Assembly: GCA_958009085.1 (NCBI GenBank)
Contig: OY253674.1
Span: 1,054,001 to 1,118,000 of the forward strand
Direction: 5' to 3'
Length of the DNA stretch: 64,000 nt
From: Protoeuglena noctilucae
Lineage: Eukaryota
Shown here: in pieces, positions 51,777-64,000 of the stretch
Numbering within the stretch: position 1 is the first letter of the stretch
Layout of the letters: each line of letters opens with the position of its first letter
The notes under the pieces: generated by a model
Database searches by the model: none
What the model was told of the DNA's origin: nothing
What the model saw: only the letters and a program-made list of their open reading frames with translations
Made by a program: the position numbers and the translations under genes

Positions 51777-53826
51777 TCAGCCGGGGTGGGCTCGGCTGCG
51801 CTTGGCCCGCAGCTCCTCCACCTTGCGCAGCACCAGCCCCGGCTCCCCGCCCGTGTTGACCAGGTCCGCGCCGCGGTCGGCCAACCGCAGCACCACATCA
51901 TAACTTCCGCGCTGGAAAGACGGCACGGCGGCGAAGACGGGCGTCACGCCAGCTTTGTCCCGCGCCTCCAAATCTGCCCCCGCGTCCACCAGCAAGTCCA
52001 CGCATGCCGCATAGAGGGCCCAGTGCAAGGCAGTGGAGCCCTCGTGGTCTCGAGCGTGAACACCTGCCCCCGCCCCCAGCAAAGCCCGCGTGATCTCCAC
52101 GGCGTCTTGCTTTTGGATAGAAGCACGATGCATGGTGGAGAGGCGTCTTGCCCTCCCCATCCCGCGCCTCCAGGTCTGCCCCCGCGTCCACCAGCAGGCT
52201 CACGCACACCGCGTAGCAGGCCAAGTGCAGGGGCCTCCTGCCGTGCCCATCAGTGGCGTTGGCGTTCGCCCCCGCAGCCAGCAGCGCCCGCGTCACCTCA
52301 ACCGGCGCTCGCTCCTCCGCCGCTTCCACCGCACAATGGAGAGGCGTCTTGCCATCCTTGTCCCCCGCCTCCAGGTCCGCCCCGGCGTCCACCAGCAGGC
52401 CCACGCACGCCGCGTACCTGACGAGATGCAGGGCCGTGCGGCCGTCCCCGTCTCGAGCGTGAACATCTGCTCCCCCCGCCAGCAGCGCCCGAGTTATCTC
52501 GACAGCCGCTTGCTCCTCCCTCGCTTCCACCACGCAATGGAGAGGCGTCTTGCCATACCAGCCATTGACTTCCGCGCCCACCTCCACCAGGGCGCGGAGA
52601 GCATCGACGCGGCCGTCCGTAATAGCCAAGTGAAGCGGGGAGTGATCCTCATCGGGTTCCACGCTCACGCCACGCGCCGCCAGCCACCGCACAACGTCCC
52701 CGTTCGCCGCAACTGCCATCAAGATTGGATCCTGCTCCTTAATGACGGCCCCAAGCTCCGCCAGAGTCTCCATGACGGCCACATTGCCACGACATGCAGC
52801 ACAACATAGGGCCGTCATGGTCTCATCAGACCGAGGAGAATCGACCTCCGCCCCCGCCTCAACCAGCCGCCTCACGATGCCCGGCGTCGGATGACCTTCG
52901 CACACTGTAATCAGCGTCCGGTCCACGTAATAAGCCCCGACCTTGGCCGCCGCCCCCGCCTCCAGCAGCACCTCCACCACCGCCTCGTGACCCCAATACG
53001 CCGCGCACACCACCGCCAGCCACCACAAGAATCGGTGATAAAAGTCTTTTTGGGCCCCTTCACTCCGAGCGTCGACCTTCGCTCCCGCTGCCAGGCACGC
53101 CTTGACGGCCTCCGAGCAACCCCGGGCCGCGCAGTACGTCATCAGCGGCCATGCTCCATGCAGCCGACGGTTGACGTCCGCCCCCATCGCCAGCGCCCCC
53201 CGCACCATCCGCGCCACCTCCTCGTCCCCCAGCGCGTGCGCCCACGCCACCTTGCCATCCGCCCCCTCCCCCACCGGCCGCCGAGCCAGCACCGCCAGCG
53301 TCAGCGGCGATTGTTGAAGGACGCGCCTGCGCCACGAAAGGCTGTGGAGGTCCGGCACCTCAGCCACCAGCATCGCCAGCCTCCACAGGCCCATGCTGGC
53401 GAGGTGGTGCGCGTGGGACCCCTCGAACGCCCACACCACCAGCGGACCGAAGTCGAGCTTTATTTTACTACGCAATGGGTATCTCCAGCGCTCACGAACG
53501 GCGTTCCGCTTGTCCTCCGCCGTGGCCCGGATGCCCCACGCCCTCCACACCTCGTCCACCTCGTCGCGCATCTCCCGCGACACGTGCCGCACCACCCTCG
53601 CGTCGGCCAGGGGTACCAGGCGCAGGATCTCACGGTGCAGCTCCCCAGGGAGGTCGTTCCACCCTGCGCACGCGAGCAGCACGCGCGCGATGCCGAGAAC
53701 GAGGCCCACCACGGCGTGGCAGAGGGGGAGCTACCCCGAGCCCAGCCCTCTGCGCGACTCACCGACGCGCTGGTCCCCCGTCCTGGCCTCGGACGTCCGC
53801 TGGGTCTCTGGGTGTTCGCCCGCCAT
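51777..53826 (-). CDS. F-box-like plus ankyrin-repeat protein (paralogue 2), with a +1 frameshift near 52113
   Basis: Same architecture as paralogue 1. First exon MAGEHPETQ... from 53826. The ankyrin register continues in a different frame after CCAAAAG (QDAVEITRALLGAGA...HPG*). Possible pseudogene or assembly indel. Confidence 0.75.
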
Positions 53827-54248
53827 CGTACACCGACCTGCGGAAAAGGGGCGCGCCGTCCATGCTGCCCCTGACGCGCCCCTTCCTCTTCCATGGACCG
53901 CAGTCGGGGCGCGCGGGGCTTCAAAGCCTGCCTTGTCCCTCCAAGCAGCTGCATATCCACTCACGTGATACACCGACCGGCCTCGCGCGTTTCACGGACC
54001 CGCCGAACCGCGGGCTGGGTGATGGGACAGTTGTCTCGCTCCCTCGGATGCTCCGACCAGCGCAGGGGCTCTCTGATTGCACGCTCGCGGTTCGCGACTC
54101 ACAGTCGCACTTGCTTGCCCGGCTACGCGATGTGCGCGCGCTGGTCCTCGGCCCCGCGGTCGAGCCCAGCAGCCTGGGGAGGACCCTCGCAGGTGTAAGC
54201 ATCGCAGCCGCCAGTTGGCCCAGCTTGCGTCTTGCGCGTCGACGTTGA

Positions 54249-54276
54249 CCCTCAGCTGTCGCCTGAGCCATGGCTG
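54249..54276. repeat. 28-nt non-coding direct repeat, copy 2
   Basis: Identical to 51472-51499. The offset of 2777 is close to the paralogue offset (~2790). Confidence 0.9.
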
Positions 54277-54372
54277 CAACAGCTGTTCACAAGGTGCCGC
54301 TGCACATTGCACCGCTCACTCTTCTCATTCAACCCGAGCACTGCGCGGCAGCGTCCACTGTCGCTGTGCAGC

Positions 54373-57300
54373 CTACGTCGACGCTTCACACAGTGGGCCG
54401 CGTAGCCTAGCAGACTCGGGCCTCCCACCGCCACCCCAGGTCCCCCCCTGTCGCGCCTTGCTGCCAGTGCGCAGCGTCTCGTGGCTCACAAACGTCCCCA
54501 TCGACCCCTGCTTCGCCACGTCCCTCGTCGCTCTCCCGGCTACCGGTCCCCGTGCACCCCGTTCCGAGGGTTGCCTCCTGGGCCCCACGGATCCGCCCCT
54601 CTGGTGCAGCACAAAGGGCGCAAGCTTGGCCAGAGCCGTCCACGCCTCCGCCCCGAGAGCCGCGCCTTCCCCGGGCGGACCCTCCCGCGCCCAGCGCCCG
54701 ATGCCAGCACTGGACGCCTCGCTCCCGACGGCGGGGGCCACCGAAGCACCGCGGGACCCACCGCCGCGGCGCTCCCAGCCCCGCGCAACCCTGCCGCTCC
54801 GCTCGCCGCCCGGCAGCAGTGTCCGGAGCCCTCCTGCATAAGGCGCCCCTGGCGTCGACATGAGACTGCGCCCGTGCGCCCCGCCCTTCGCGCCGCGGCC
54901 TTGGGGCGGACCAGGGGCCGACGGCTGCCGCAGATGCTGCGCGGGGTGCTGGGCGCTGTCGGTGGGGTGCTTGAGGGGCGTGGGCGGGGCGCTCCGGGCC
55001 GCCGCAAAGGCACCGGCCTGACTGCTCTCAGCGGCGGCAGCGTCGGACCCGGATGGCAGCTGCTGGAGGGCGGCAGACGCCGAAGCCAGTCGCACCAAAG
55101 GCCCATGCCGCCTGCGTGCATCAGCGCCGTCAGCGTCATGCAAAGCCTTGGTGATTATCTGCAAACCTGCCGCACCTCATGCCATTGCTGCTTTCGCAAA
55201 AGGCAACTGCCTCACCAGGGACCCCCCTCCCCCGTCGTCGCGCGCCACCCCGCCCCGCCCGGCACCCCCACCGCCCGCATTGCCCACGAGGACGCCCGCC
55301 CCTCCCCACTCCCATCTGCGCTCTCCTCTTCGGCCCAGGCCGGCTGGGCAACACGCTCCTCTGACCTCCTCGCCCGAGGACCCCCATCCCCCGACACCCG
55401 CCCTTCGCCCTCGTCAGCGGCAGGTGCTCCCATAGCAGCCTCCTCCGCGTTGCCCATTTGCGCCCTGCCCAGCGCCCGCTCCATCACCCGACGCAACGAC
55501 GCAGGGAGGTCCACGCTGCGGCTCAGCCCCGGACCCCTACCCTCCAAAGGCCCCTGGCGCCGCCCCGACCTCTCCGGCGCAACCCCCACCTCACTCGTCG
55601 ACGCCAGACCCCCCGAGGCATCCCCCCCTGTGCTCGCACCCCATCGCGACAACGGCTCAGGCACCCTCGCCGCCACGCGCACCCGGCCCTTGCCCCCACC
55701 ACCCGCAGCGCCCCCGCCCCGTCCGCTGGTCCCCGTCTCTGACGTGATTCTGGCGATCAGGCCGACCTTGGACGGCCGGTCATCCGCGTACGCCTCCCGG
55801 CTGTAGGCCTTGGCCCCCGAGGGACTCGATTGGGGCCGCCCCGCTGTGTCCGGCCCGCTCTTCACGCTCCCGCGGCTCTCCGCCCTCCGCAGGGAACCAC
55901 CCCGTCCCAGCCCCCGCCCCGCCCCAGTCCCCGGCGCCCCCGGCTGCCGCGCCACACGACCTGCACCCGGCCTCCCGCGCCCCGACTCCTGCGCTTGCCT
56001 GGAGGCGCTCCAGGCGCCCCGGGATCGCGACGACGCGCGGCTGGGGTTCGTCCCCGTGCCTGCATTGGACGACTCTCGGCCGCGGTCCCCCAGGCGCTCC
56101 CCGGGCAGCGCCATGGCCTCGTCGTCGACGTTCGCCGCCACGGCTGCGGGGATAAGGAAGAGACAAAAATGCAAGACACGCAGTTAGCAGGCTGCAACGG
56201 TGCAGATTGGCTCCAGGGAAGCACCGGAGTCACCCCCCGGGCTCGCGATCAAACCTGCCATCAAACCCACAGCACCCACTCCCTTGCCGCAAGCTCACCC
56301 CTGATGGCGCCCATGGTAGCCGCCTCCATGTCCGCGTCCTGCACGAGCGGCACGAGGCGCGAGAGGGCGCAGGGGTCGGGGTCTTCATACTTCCCCAGCG
56401 CCTGGCCCATGGCCGCACCCAGGGACTCGAGCTGAGAGATGGTGAAGTGCGTGCCGGCGAAGGGGCCCAAGGAGGGCCCGGCGAAGGACACCTCCAGCGT
56501 GAAGGAGTTGCACAGGCCCAGCTCCCGCCAGCCCACGACCCTGCGAGCGCCGCGGCTGGGGCTGCGACGAATGACGTCTGGGGCTGCCACCGATGGCGTC
56601 TGCCAGGTGGAGCGGTGGCCATTGCGTGACAATTGGCGATTCTCTGAGCGACTCCTCGCCTGGCGGTGGCCTCCTTGCTCCTCTGCACGACGAACGAGCA
56701 GTCGGGGTAGCTGAAGGACTCGGGGGCGGCCTGGGAGACGAGGAAAGGGTACATCCGACTCTGGAGGTCGGACGGGACTCCGACCTTGGCGCCCGCCTGC
56801 CCCACGGCCCCGCAGCTCCGCCCCGGGGGCGGCGGCGGGAGGCGGCACAGGTCGGCGCAGCATCCGTACATAAAGGCGTTGCGCTTGCGGGAGTGGCCGT
56901 GCAGGTCGCACAGGAGCTCCAACCCGGCCGACTGCGGCGGTGGCGACGAAAGGGCTGCGTGTTTGGCACGAAGATGCCAAGCCTGCAGGGCTGCCAAGAC
57001 TCGCTAACACCACCTCTACCTACCAGCCGCAATCGCTTAGCTCTCACCTCGGGGCCCGTGATGGCGCTCTCAAACAGCGCCCGTGCGGCGAACGTCTCCG
57101 GGTGCAAATCCTTGCTGGGGGCGGCCCAGGTGCGGTTGAGGTCGATGCCGGCGAGCGAGCACCGGTAGTTGCCGTGGACGACGCCGTCGGGATTAAGCAT
57201 GGGCACGACTTCGAAGACGAACCGGCGGCGCAGGGCCTGAGCACGGTCGGAGTCTCCAGCCAGGAAGGTCAACAGGCCTCGCATGACCCAGGACGCGTTG

Positions 57301-58669
57301 GACTCGCCGGGGTGCACGCGGGCCGTGAAGGCCACGACGCGGCGGGCCGGGAGGGGCCGGCCCTCGTTGCGCGGCGCCGTGATCGTGACGAGGGGCACGG
57401 CCACGCCGGCCAGGGTGTGGGTGAGGGGCCGCACCGACACGCAGCGCCCGGCGGGGGACGAGGTGCGGAGGCGGTGGAGGTCCGTTTGGAGGTCCTTGTA
57501 CGTGTAGGGGAAGCTGCGGGGGCGGTGGGGGCCAGGGCGCTGCACGATGGCGACTGAGCCTCTTACGCAACACGCGGGAGCGCCACCGAGGTACGTTGGC
57601 TCACCAGTGAGCTAGGTACAGCGTGTCGCCTTCGTGTTGCGGCGTCAGGGTCATGGTCAGCGTGTAGTACTTCTTGCCGTTGCGCCGGCTGATCTCGTTC
57701 TGGTAGTAACAGACGTCCGTGCCCTCCCGGTGCCAGCCGCGTCCGCGGGACTGGAACTGCTTGACCGAGAAGACGCAAGGGAGCATGCCGGCGTTGTACA
57801 GCGACGCGTCCTTGGTCAGGTTAATGATGTTGAGCTTGTAGGCCTGGCCGCGGCGCAGGTTGGACATGCCAAAGTAGTACCACTGCGACGGGGACGGATG
57901 CAGATCTGTCACACGAGACGAGCCCCGTACTTGCGCCCCAATATCCCGCTGCACGGGCCCACCTGCGTGTGCGCCTCGCTGTTGATGTCCGGTCGCAAGA
58001 TCAGGTCGTACTCGTTCTGCTCTATCTGGATGGCCCGACGCAGGTTCCCACTCTCAAATCGCGACTCAAACACGACCGTCGCGTCGCCGGGGAGGGCCGC
58101 GTACCACGGGTTCTGCGGGACGGCCTCGTCTGGCAAGCGACACCGGGGCAGGGCCTGGGCGTCCTCCAGGGTGCGTATGGAGGACGGCAGCGGAGGCGGA
58201 GGGTCGAGCGAGTCGTATACAATGCGTGGAGGAGGGCGACCCGCGCGGAACGTGTAGAGGTGGCGCATGCGCGCATGCAGTCCGGGCGCCACGGGGACTA
58301 ACGGCTCCGGTGGCCCTTTCCGCGCGCCCTGGTCCGCGTGAATGGGGCTCGGCGGCAGAGGGGGGAGAGACACGCGCCGAACGACCTCCGGGTCCCATAC
58401 GTCCGGGTTCCACGCCTCGGACTGCGGGGAAAGTGCCGGCAAGAGGAACCAAGGTCTCCCTCGGGAGGGATGCATGACATTCTGGTGCGCATCTACACCT
58501 CTCATGCGCAAAGAGCTTCTAGAAATCAAGGACGACAGAAGGCAGGGACGCAGCGGTCGGCGCAAACAGCAAACACCGTCACAGCCCGCCCCGTCGCCCC
58601 TGCCGCCCCACGCACCGAAGGCCCGGGTCCCTCCTCTTCGTCATCCGATGAGTTTGCTCGCGGGATCAT
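54373..58669 (-). CDS. Cytosolic carboxypeptidase (CCP/Nna1/AGBL, M14D tubulin deglutamylase)
   Basis: [62 protein letters not shown] and SFTLEVSF. The low-complexity tail ends at 55212, or at 54373 if a 1-nt indel is present. Confidence 0.9.
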
Positions 58670-59143
58670 AGCGCCGCGCCGCGCACGGTTCCCGTCCGCG
58701 CTGCGGCCGGTGACATGCACTACCCCGTGAAGCTCAACCTACAGGTCCTGCGCGGTCCCCTGCGACCCCGCTCTGTCAGAGGTGGCCGCCGGACTTGAGC
58801 CTCGCGTGCTTGCGGATGCGCGATGATCGCCCGCAGCGATGGCACAGCCAGGCTGATTCTAGCCAGACGTGCGTGTAGGGTTTCCCCTTTCCCGCGCTCA
58901 GGGGTTCAGATTACTGGGAGCCTGTGGCAGCTGGTTGACGTACTTGAGTTGTCGCATGTGCGGGGCATCTTGGAAGGGCGACCGCGGCCCTCTCCGCGTC
59001 GTTGCACCAGGCATTGTTGACTGCAGCAGTGGCTGCCAGCCGCGATCGCTGGGCTCGACGAAGGCGGCCGAAGATAGCGGGAACTGTTTTATGGATCGAA
59101 TTGGAACATACTCGCGGTGTAGCTGTGTAACCTAAGCGGCCCA

Positions 59144-62100
59144 ATGTCGTCATCGGACAGCGACTCTTCAGGTGACGTTCGGCATTCGATGCCATTCGCG
59201 CGCCTCGGGATGTCAGCGCCGCAAAGCCTCCTCATCCTCTTGCCCGCGCAGAGGACGTGCGTCCGAGCGCCGCGCCGCAGTCCCCTCTCCTGGCGCACGT
59301 CTCCCGCCCCGCCCCATCGCACCACTCCCCGGCCCCCTCCCTCGCCAGCCGCCCCGGTCGCACGGCGCCTCGCGCGGCGTCGCACGATGACTATGACTCC
59401 GCCAGGAGCAGCCGCGACAGCGACGGATACGGCGAGGACGACTTCGAGCTCCCGGCCTTTGGCATCGACGATGCGCGCCGGGACGCCTCTCTGCGCCCCT
59501 CCACGGCCGCTGGCGCCCCGGGCCGCTCGGCGCGACCTCCCAGGCTTCCAGGGTTCTCGGACCAGGACCCCGCGCGCCTGGCAGAGAGCATCTACGAGGC
59601 CCTAGACGCGCTGGAGGACGTCACGAGGGACGCCAGGCCTGTGCGTGGCAGTGGGCGAGCTGGTGCGATGCGGGCGGGGCTTGGCGGCTCCGGCCGAGGA
59701 GAGTCGGGGACGGACCGCAAAAGGAGAGATAAGGACGTGCCTTCATTCGCACGGCCTGCCTGGAACTTTGCTGCAGTCAAGGCACACATCCCGGCCAAGC
59801 CCCCACGGCCAGACAGGTGTGCTGGGGTGTGCGGTCGCCGTTTGCACGCATGTCCACTGTCACATTTCCTGCAACACTGTGGTTTGCTCGCCCGTGCCAC
59901 CGGCAACGGAACGGGTGCTCCACAGCGGCCGAGTATCACTGGCGCCCACTGATCTCCTGCCCCTCCCGCGCAGCAACGCCACTCGGCCGGCGCAGTCGCG
60001 GCAGGTCGATCGCCCTCCAAGTCAGGAGACTCCTCGCATGCCACCCCACGACACAGCCCCAGCTGCGCCCTCTGGTCGTGCCCCAGAAGTCGCAGCACAG
60101 CCCCTGACCGCCATGCAGCGTTTCCGGAAGCTCAAGAAAGCGGTGCAGCTGCGCGATCACGTCCAAACGAACGAGTTTGTCAAGGCCGCGCACTACCTGG
60201 CTGGCGTGCTGGTGAGTGCGCACGACGCGGGATGGCTGCTGACGGCACAGCAGGCTGTGAGGGCTGGGGCTGGCCTGACGAGGCGAAGAGGCGGCGTCCT
60301 CGGCTCTTCTGACCTTCATATCTGACAGATGGCGTGCTGAGGCTGCATAGGAGTGGCACACGCCTGAGGCAGCTCGCCGTGCCCTCACGCCCCCTCAGGC
60401 CCTGCAATCGGACCCCCTGTCGCCGGAAGCGGGCCCAGGAGAGGCGGAGGGCGCGCTGGACGCTCCCACAACGACGCTGGAGGACCTAGCGACGCGTCAG
60501 GAGGGGCAGAGGAGGCGTTTCCTGGCACTGCTGACTGGCACAGACGCCCCTGCGACGCGCGACCAGCAGCACCGGGCTCTGGAGCTGGTCATGAAGAACC
60601 TGGAGTCCTTGCCCCACTTGGACAGTGCTGAGATCGCGCTCCTGGTCGAGAACAACGACATGGGTGAGGGGCGACGCGCCCCGGGCAGTACAGGCGAGCG
60701 CCCACGGTGCTGTCGAGGGCAAGCAAGCGCGCCCCGGTCGCTCTCCTGTCCGCAGCGTACACGGACAAGGTCGTGGCCATTGCGGGGAAGGCCAGGGAGT
60801 CCCACGAGGCAAGGACGCACCAACGCAACCTCGCCTTTTTGTCCACGCTCCTCTGCATGTCGCCCGAAACCATCGTCGAGTGCGTGCCCGTCCTGGGCAA
60901 GAGCGTGTCGGGAGTGACTGTGAAGGGCAAAGTACCCCCGGACATGTTCGCGCCGTTCGCTCGCGCGCTGTCGCGTCGCACGCGGATGACTCCCTACCAG
61001 GTGGACCAGGTCATGACAGAGTGGTGCAAGATGCACGAGAGCGTCGAGGCAAGGGTCGCGGTGGTCACGGCCATGGTGCAGCAGCACGTGCTGTTCAAGA
61101 AACCCAAGCGAGCCCTCCAGGCGTCCACCAGAGCCGAGGCGCACCCGGACAACTGGGTGAGGAGGGGGCCTTGGTGTTAGAAAGAGGGGCGATCCAGGTT
61201 GCGCATTATTGATGAGGCCTTTGATGGTTCAGCAAGTTGGCCTGGGTGCAAGCGGTGGCGCCAGTCGCTTGCTCACCTTTGCCATGTGAAGGGCAGTCAT
61301 TAATACAAGCACCGCACTCTGCTTTCCCTCAGACCACCGTGCCTCCTCAGCTGGAGGCGCGCCTGTCCAAGGTCCTCCGGGGCGTGCACCCCAAGATGCT
61401 CTCCAGCAAGCGCCCCATCTTCAAGAACGTCAACGTGCGCGGCGTGGTGCGCAAGCGGTGCCTGGTCCTGCAGCACATCCGCGGCACCTTCGGGAGCCTC
61501 AAGCGCTCGGACATGACGGCGCTGGCGCGGCTGTCGGAGCGAGAGATCCGGAAGCGGGCCCAGGAGCGCATCCGACGGGAGTACCAGGAACTGCGGAGGC
61601 GCGTGGCGCAGCGGGTGCAGAAGAAGATGCAAGAAGACAGGGAGAAGGAGAAGGAGCTGAGGAAGAAGATGGAGTGAGTGGGCAGTAGGGGATTGATGTT
61701 GGGTGGTCTGGGGGCTGACTTGGGGGCGCGTGCTGTAGGGGCGGTCCCTGTGACACTCCTCAAGCAGCCGTGTTGATCCAATAAGCCCGTGGTCGCGAGC
61801 TTGCAGGATGAAGATGGAGGAGGAGCAGCGCAGGAAGGAGATGGGGCTGGGCAAGGCCGTGGACACGGCAGGGACAGTGGCGGTGCCTGTGTGGCACACC
61901 GGGGTGCCCAATCCCAAAATGGACAAGGACCGGATGAAGGAGTTCTATCTGAAGAAGAAGGCGCCCCAGCCCAGCAAGCACGTGAAGAGGGCCATGTGGG
62001 ACCAGCGGATGCAGCGGACGGCCACGCTGCGGTGTCAGCTGGCCTGGCAGCAGGTGCGAGGGATGGGGTGACCACGCGGCACCACGGCGTGTTCACTGAG

Positions 62101-63904
62101 TCCCAGGGTGTCAGCGTGTCGTGCAATGTTTCTTAACAACAGAGTTGATGCAGCCTCGCTAGGCCTCGTGTCGGAGAGTCACAGCTCGTGTACGCGTCAC
62201 CACCACCAACCGCGCCCTGCCTGCAGTTGGAGCTGTGCGTGCACACGGGCCTGCTCGGGAGGGACGCCCGGGAGCGCGCCACGCTCCGCCTGATGTCGAA
62301 GCGCCACCATTTGAGCAGCGTCATCTCCCGGCTGAAGGCCGAGGAGGCGGGGTCTCACGCCACCATCACCGCCGACCTACGAATCCAAAACGGCCCACTG
62401 ATCGCGACGCTGGAGCGCCTGCGAGACGGCAGCTACAAGGACGACGTTGCGAGGTTCGGGAAGGAAGAGGCGGAGGTCCGCAAGCAGGCCCGGGAATGGG
62501 ACCTGGCGGAGTCAGGGAGGCTCGAGGAGCTGGCGTGGGCGCTGTCTGGGACGCTGATGAAGCACCTGACCGTGGCGGCGCTGGCCATCGCCGAGGGGCG
62601 CAGGACGGGTGAGGGAGGGACGAGACTGCGAGAGCTGCGGCTGGTATGGGCATGGCATGGGCAGGCTTGCAGCTGTAGTGAGGTCGTAGCTGTGCAATTG
62701 CCGTTCTCCTGAACACACAGTGCACGTCACACAACACAGGTTCTCTAGGCCTCCTTTGTTGCGCTGACCTCCCCTCCTGTCCCTAGCACTGTGTGCATGT
62801 TACTCGCCGCCTCCCTGTGCAGGTCGCCGCGTGGAGTGGGTCAGCCTTCTGCAGGAGATGGATGCGGAGTTGGAGGAGGCGGCGCTCGAGTCCCTCGCGC
62901 AGAACGAGGGGGGGTCAGTCGCCGAAGCCCCGAAGCCCAAGCAGGGCCCAAAGGCGGAGTCGGGGCTGGCCAGGCTGGAGGCGCTGTTGGCCGAGGGCGA
63001 CAGTGGGGACGACGACGACATGCGGAGCGCTCACAGCCGCGAGAGCGCGGCGGAGGACGCTCTGGCAGCGCTGGCAGGAGGGCGTGGGTCAGGTCCTGCC
63101 GTGGACTCTTTGCTGTCGCCTGGGGCGATGCGCGGGCAGGCGCTGGAGAGCGTGCTGATGGGCGGGGCGGGGCAGGGGCAACGGCTGCGGCCGTTCCAGT
63201 TCTCCCGCGGGGCGACGCCCGGCATGGCGCAGGTGGTGGCGCGGCTGGCGCGGTGCCCGGACAGGGACCTGTATGCCATGCTGGGGTCGTGGCGCGAGGG
63301 CGCGGGGCTGGGCGTGGAGAAGGACAACGCGCGGCGCAGCGAGCGGGACCTGGCGTTCCGTTCGGGGTTCTTCCGGCTGCTGGGGGCGCTGCATGCGGGA
63401 GAGGACGCGGCACAGGTGACGATGGGTCGGGTACGGCGCATGGCCAGCTCTGCTTTGGCGGGTCACCCACCTCGTGTCCCTTCGTCCTCCTCGCAGCCGC
63501 ATCGGGGTGCGCATGCCGGCACTGCGCAGGGCCACTCTCATCGCGCCGCCCCTGATGTCCTGGCAGCCCCGTCGCTGTCGAGGTGCAAGCACTGCAGGGT
63601 CCTGCTGTCCTTTCGAGCGCCACGCAAGGGCCGGGAGGGGGGCGACGGGGACAGCGTGGGGCGCGCGGGGGTGTCTATAGCTTCCGATGGCACCAGCGAG
63701 CTTGGGTTGAAACGGGGCTGGGATGGTGCGGGGCGGGAGGGCAGGGGAGCAATGGCTGTGCAGGCCAGGGGCAGCGATGGGCGGGGTGCGGAAGGGGCGG
63801 GGGGTCGCCGGCCTTTGCGGATCGATTTGGAGAGCGAAGCGTCGGAGCTGGGGGCACGGGCGGTGGTGGGCCGAAGTGCAGACAGCGCACCTATGCGGGT
63901 GTGA
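59144..63904 (+). CDS. Large multi-exon hypothetical protein with coiled-coil segments
   Basis: A chain of GC3-rich exons bounded by GT-AG signals, from MSSSDSDSS| through a charged coiled coil (IRKRAQERIRREYQELRRRVAQRVQKKMQEDREKEKELRKKME). No family recognised and the 3' end is uncertain. Confidence 0.6.
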
Positions 63905-64000
63905 TTGTGGAAACCTAACCACGGGAAGTGGATGCGAGCGCCTTCGCTTAGGAATTGAATGGATACCAGCACATCCGTGCCGAGCTGCTCTCGACCAATA

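Overview
This is GC-rich, gene-dense eukaryotic nuclear DNA, not prokaryotic. It holds about 24 spliced protein-coding genes with short introns, mostly ~70-160 nt. The host is most likely a flagellated green alga; this is inferred from the plant-type fused hisHF and the decarboxylase carrying transit-like N-termini, a plant-type UBQ-HRQ1, an EPHS-type DGAT2 and a tubulin deglutamylase. Recognisable genes are DGAT2, a USP deubiquitinase, HRQ1 helicase, ALG14, an RS/KH/J-domain protein, PMM, a DUF2721-like membrane protein, a menin homologue, SBDS with an MBD-like tail, HISN4, prefoldin 5, a Faf1/C1orf131-like protein, an isochorismatase, a DMT transporter, cytosolic IleRS, a GAD/CSAD-type decarboxylase, two tandem F-box-ankyrin paralogues, a cytosolic carboxypeptidase and several orphans. 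Four observations stand out. (1) A candidate dual-coding mRNA at 29793-31093: the same three exons encode a 61-aa COX14-like protein in one frame and the transit-peptide-like N-terminus of a different protein in the +1 frame. (2) Recurrent 42-43-nt tandem duplications of exon-end plus 5' splice site in three unrelated genes. (3) At least 20 GC-AG introns. (4) Unusual proteins: algal menin, an SBDS-MBD fusion, a Prp5-like RS/KH/J protein and a decarboxylase with an atypical selectivity triad. Gene models were spliced by eye and family calls come from recalled motifs, not database searches. CDS coordinates are start-to-stop spans including introns. No rRNA, tRNA, CRISPR array or transposase was recognised.
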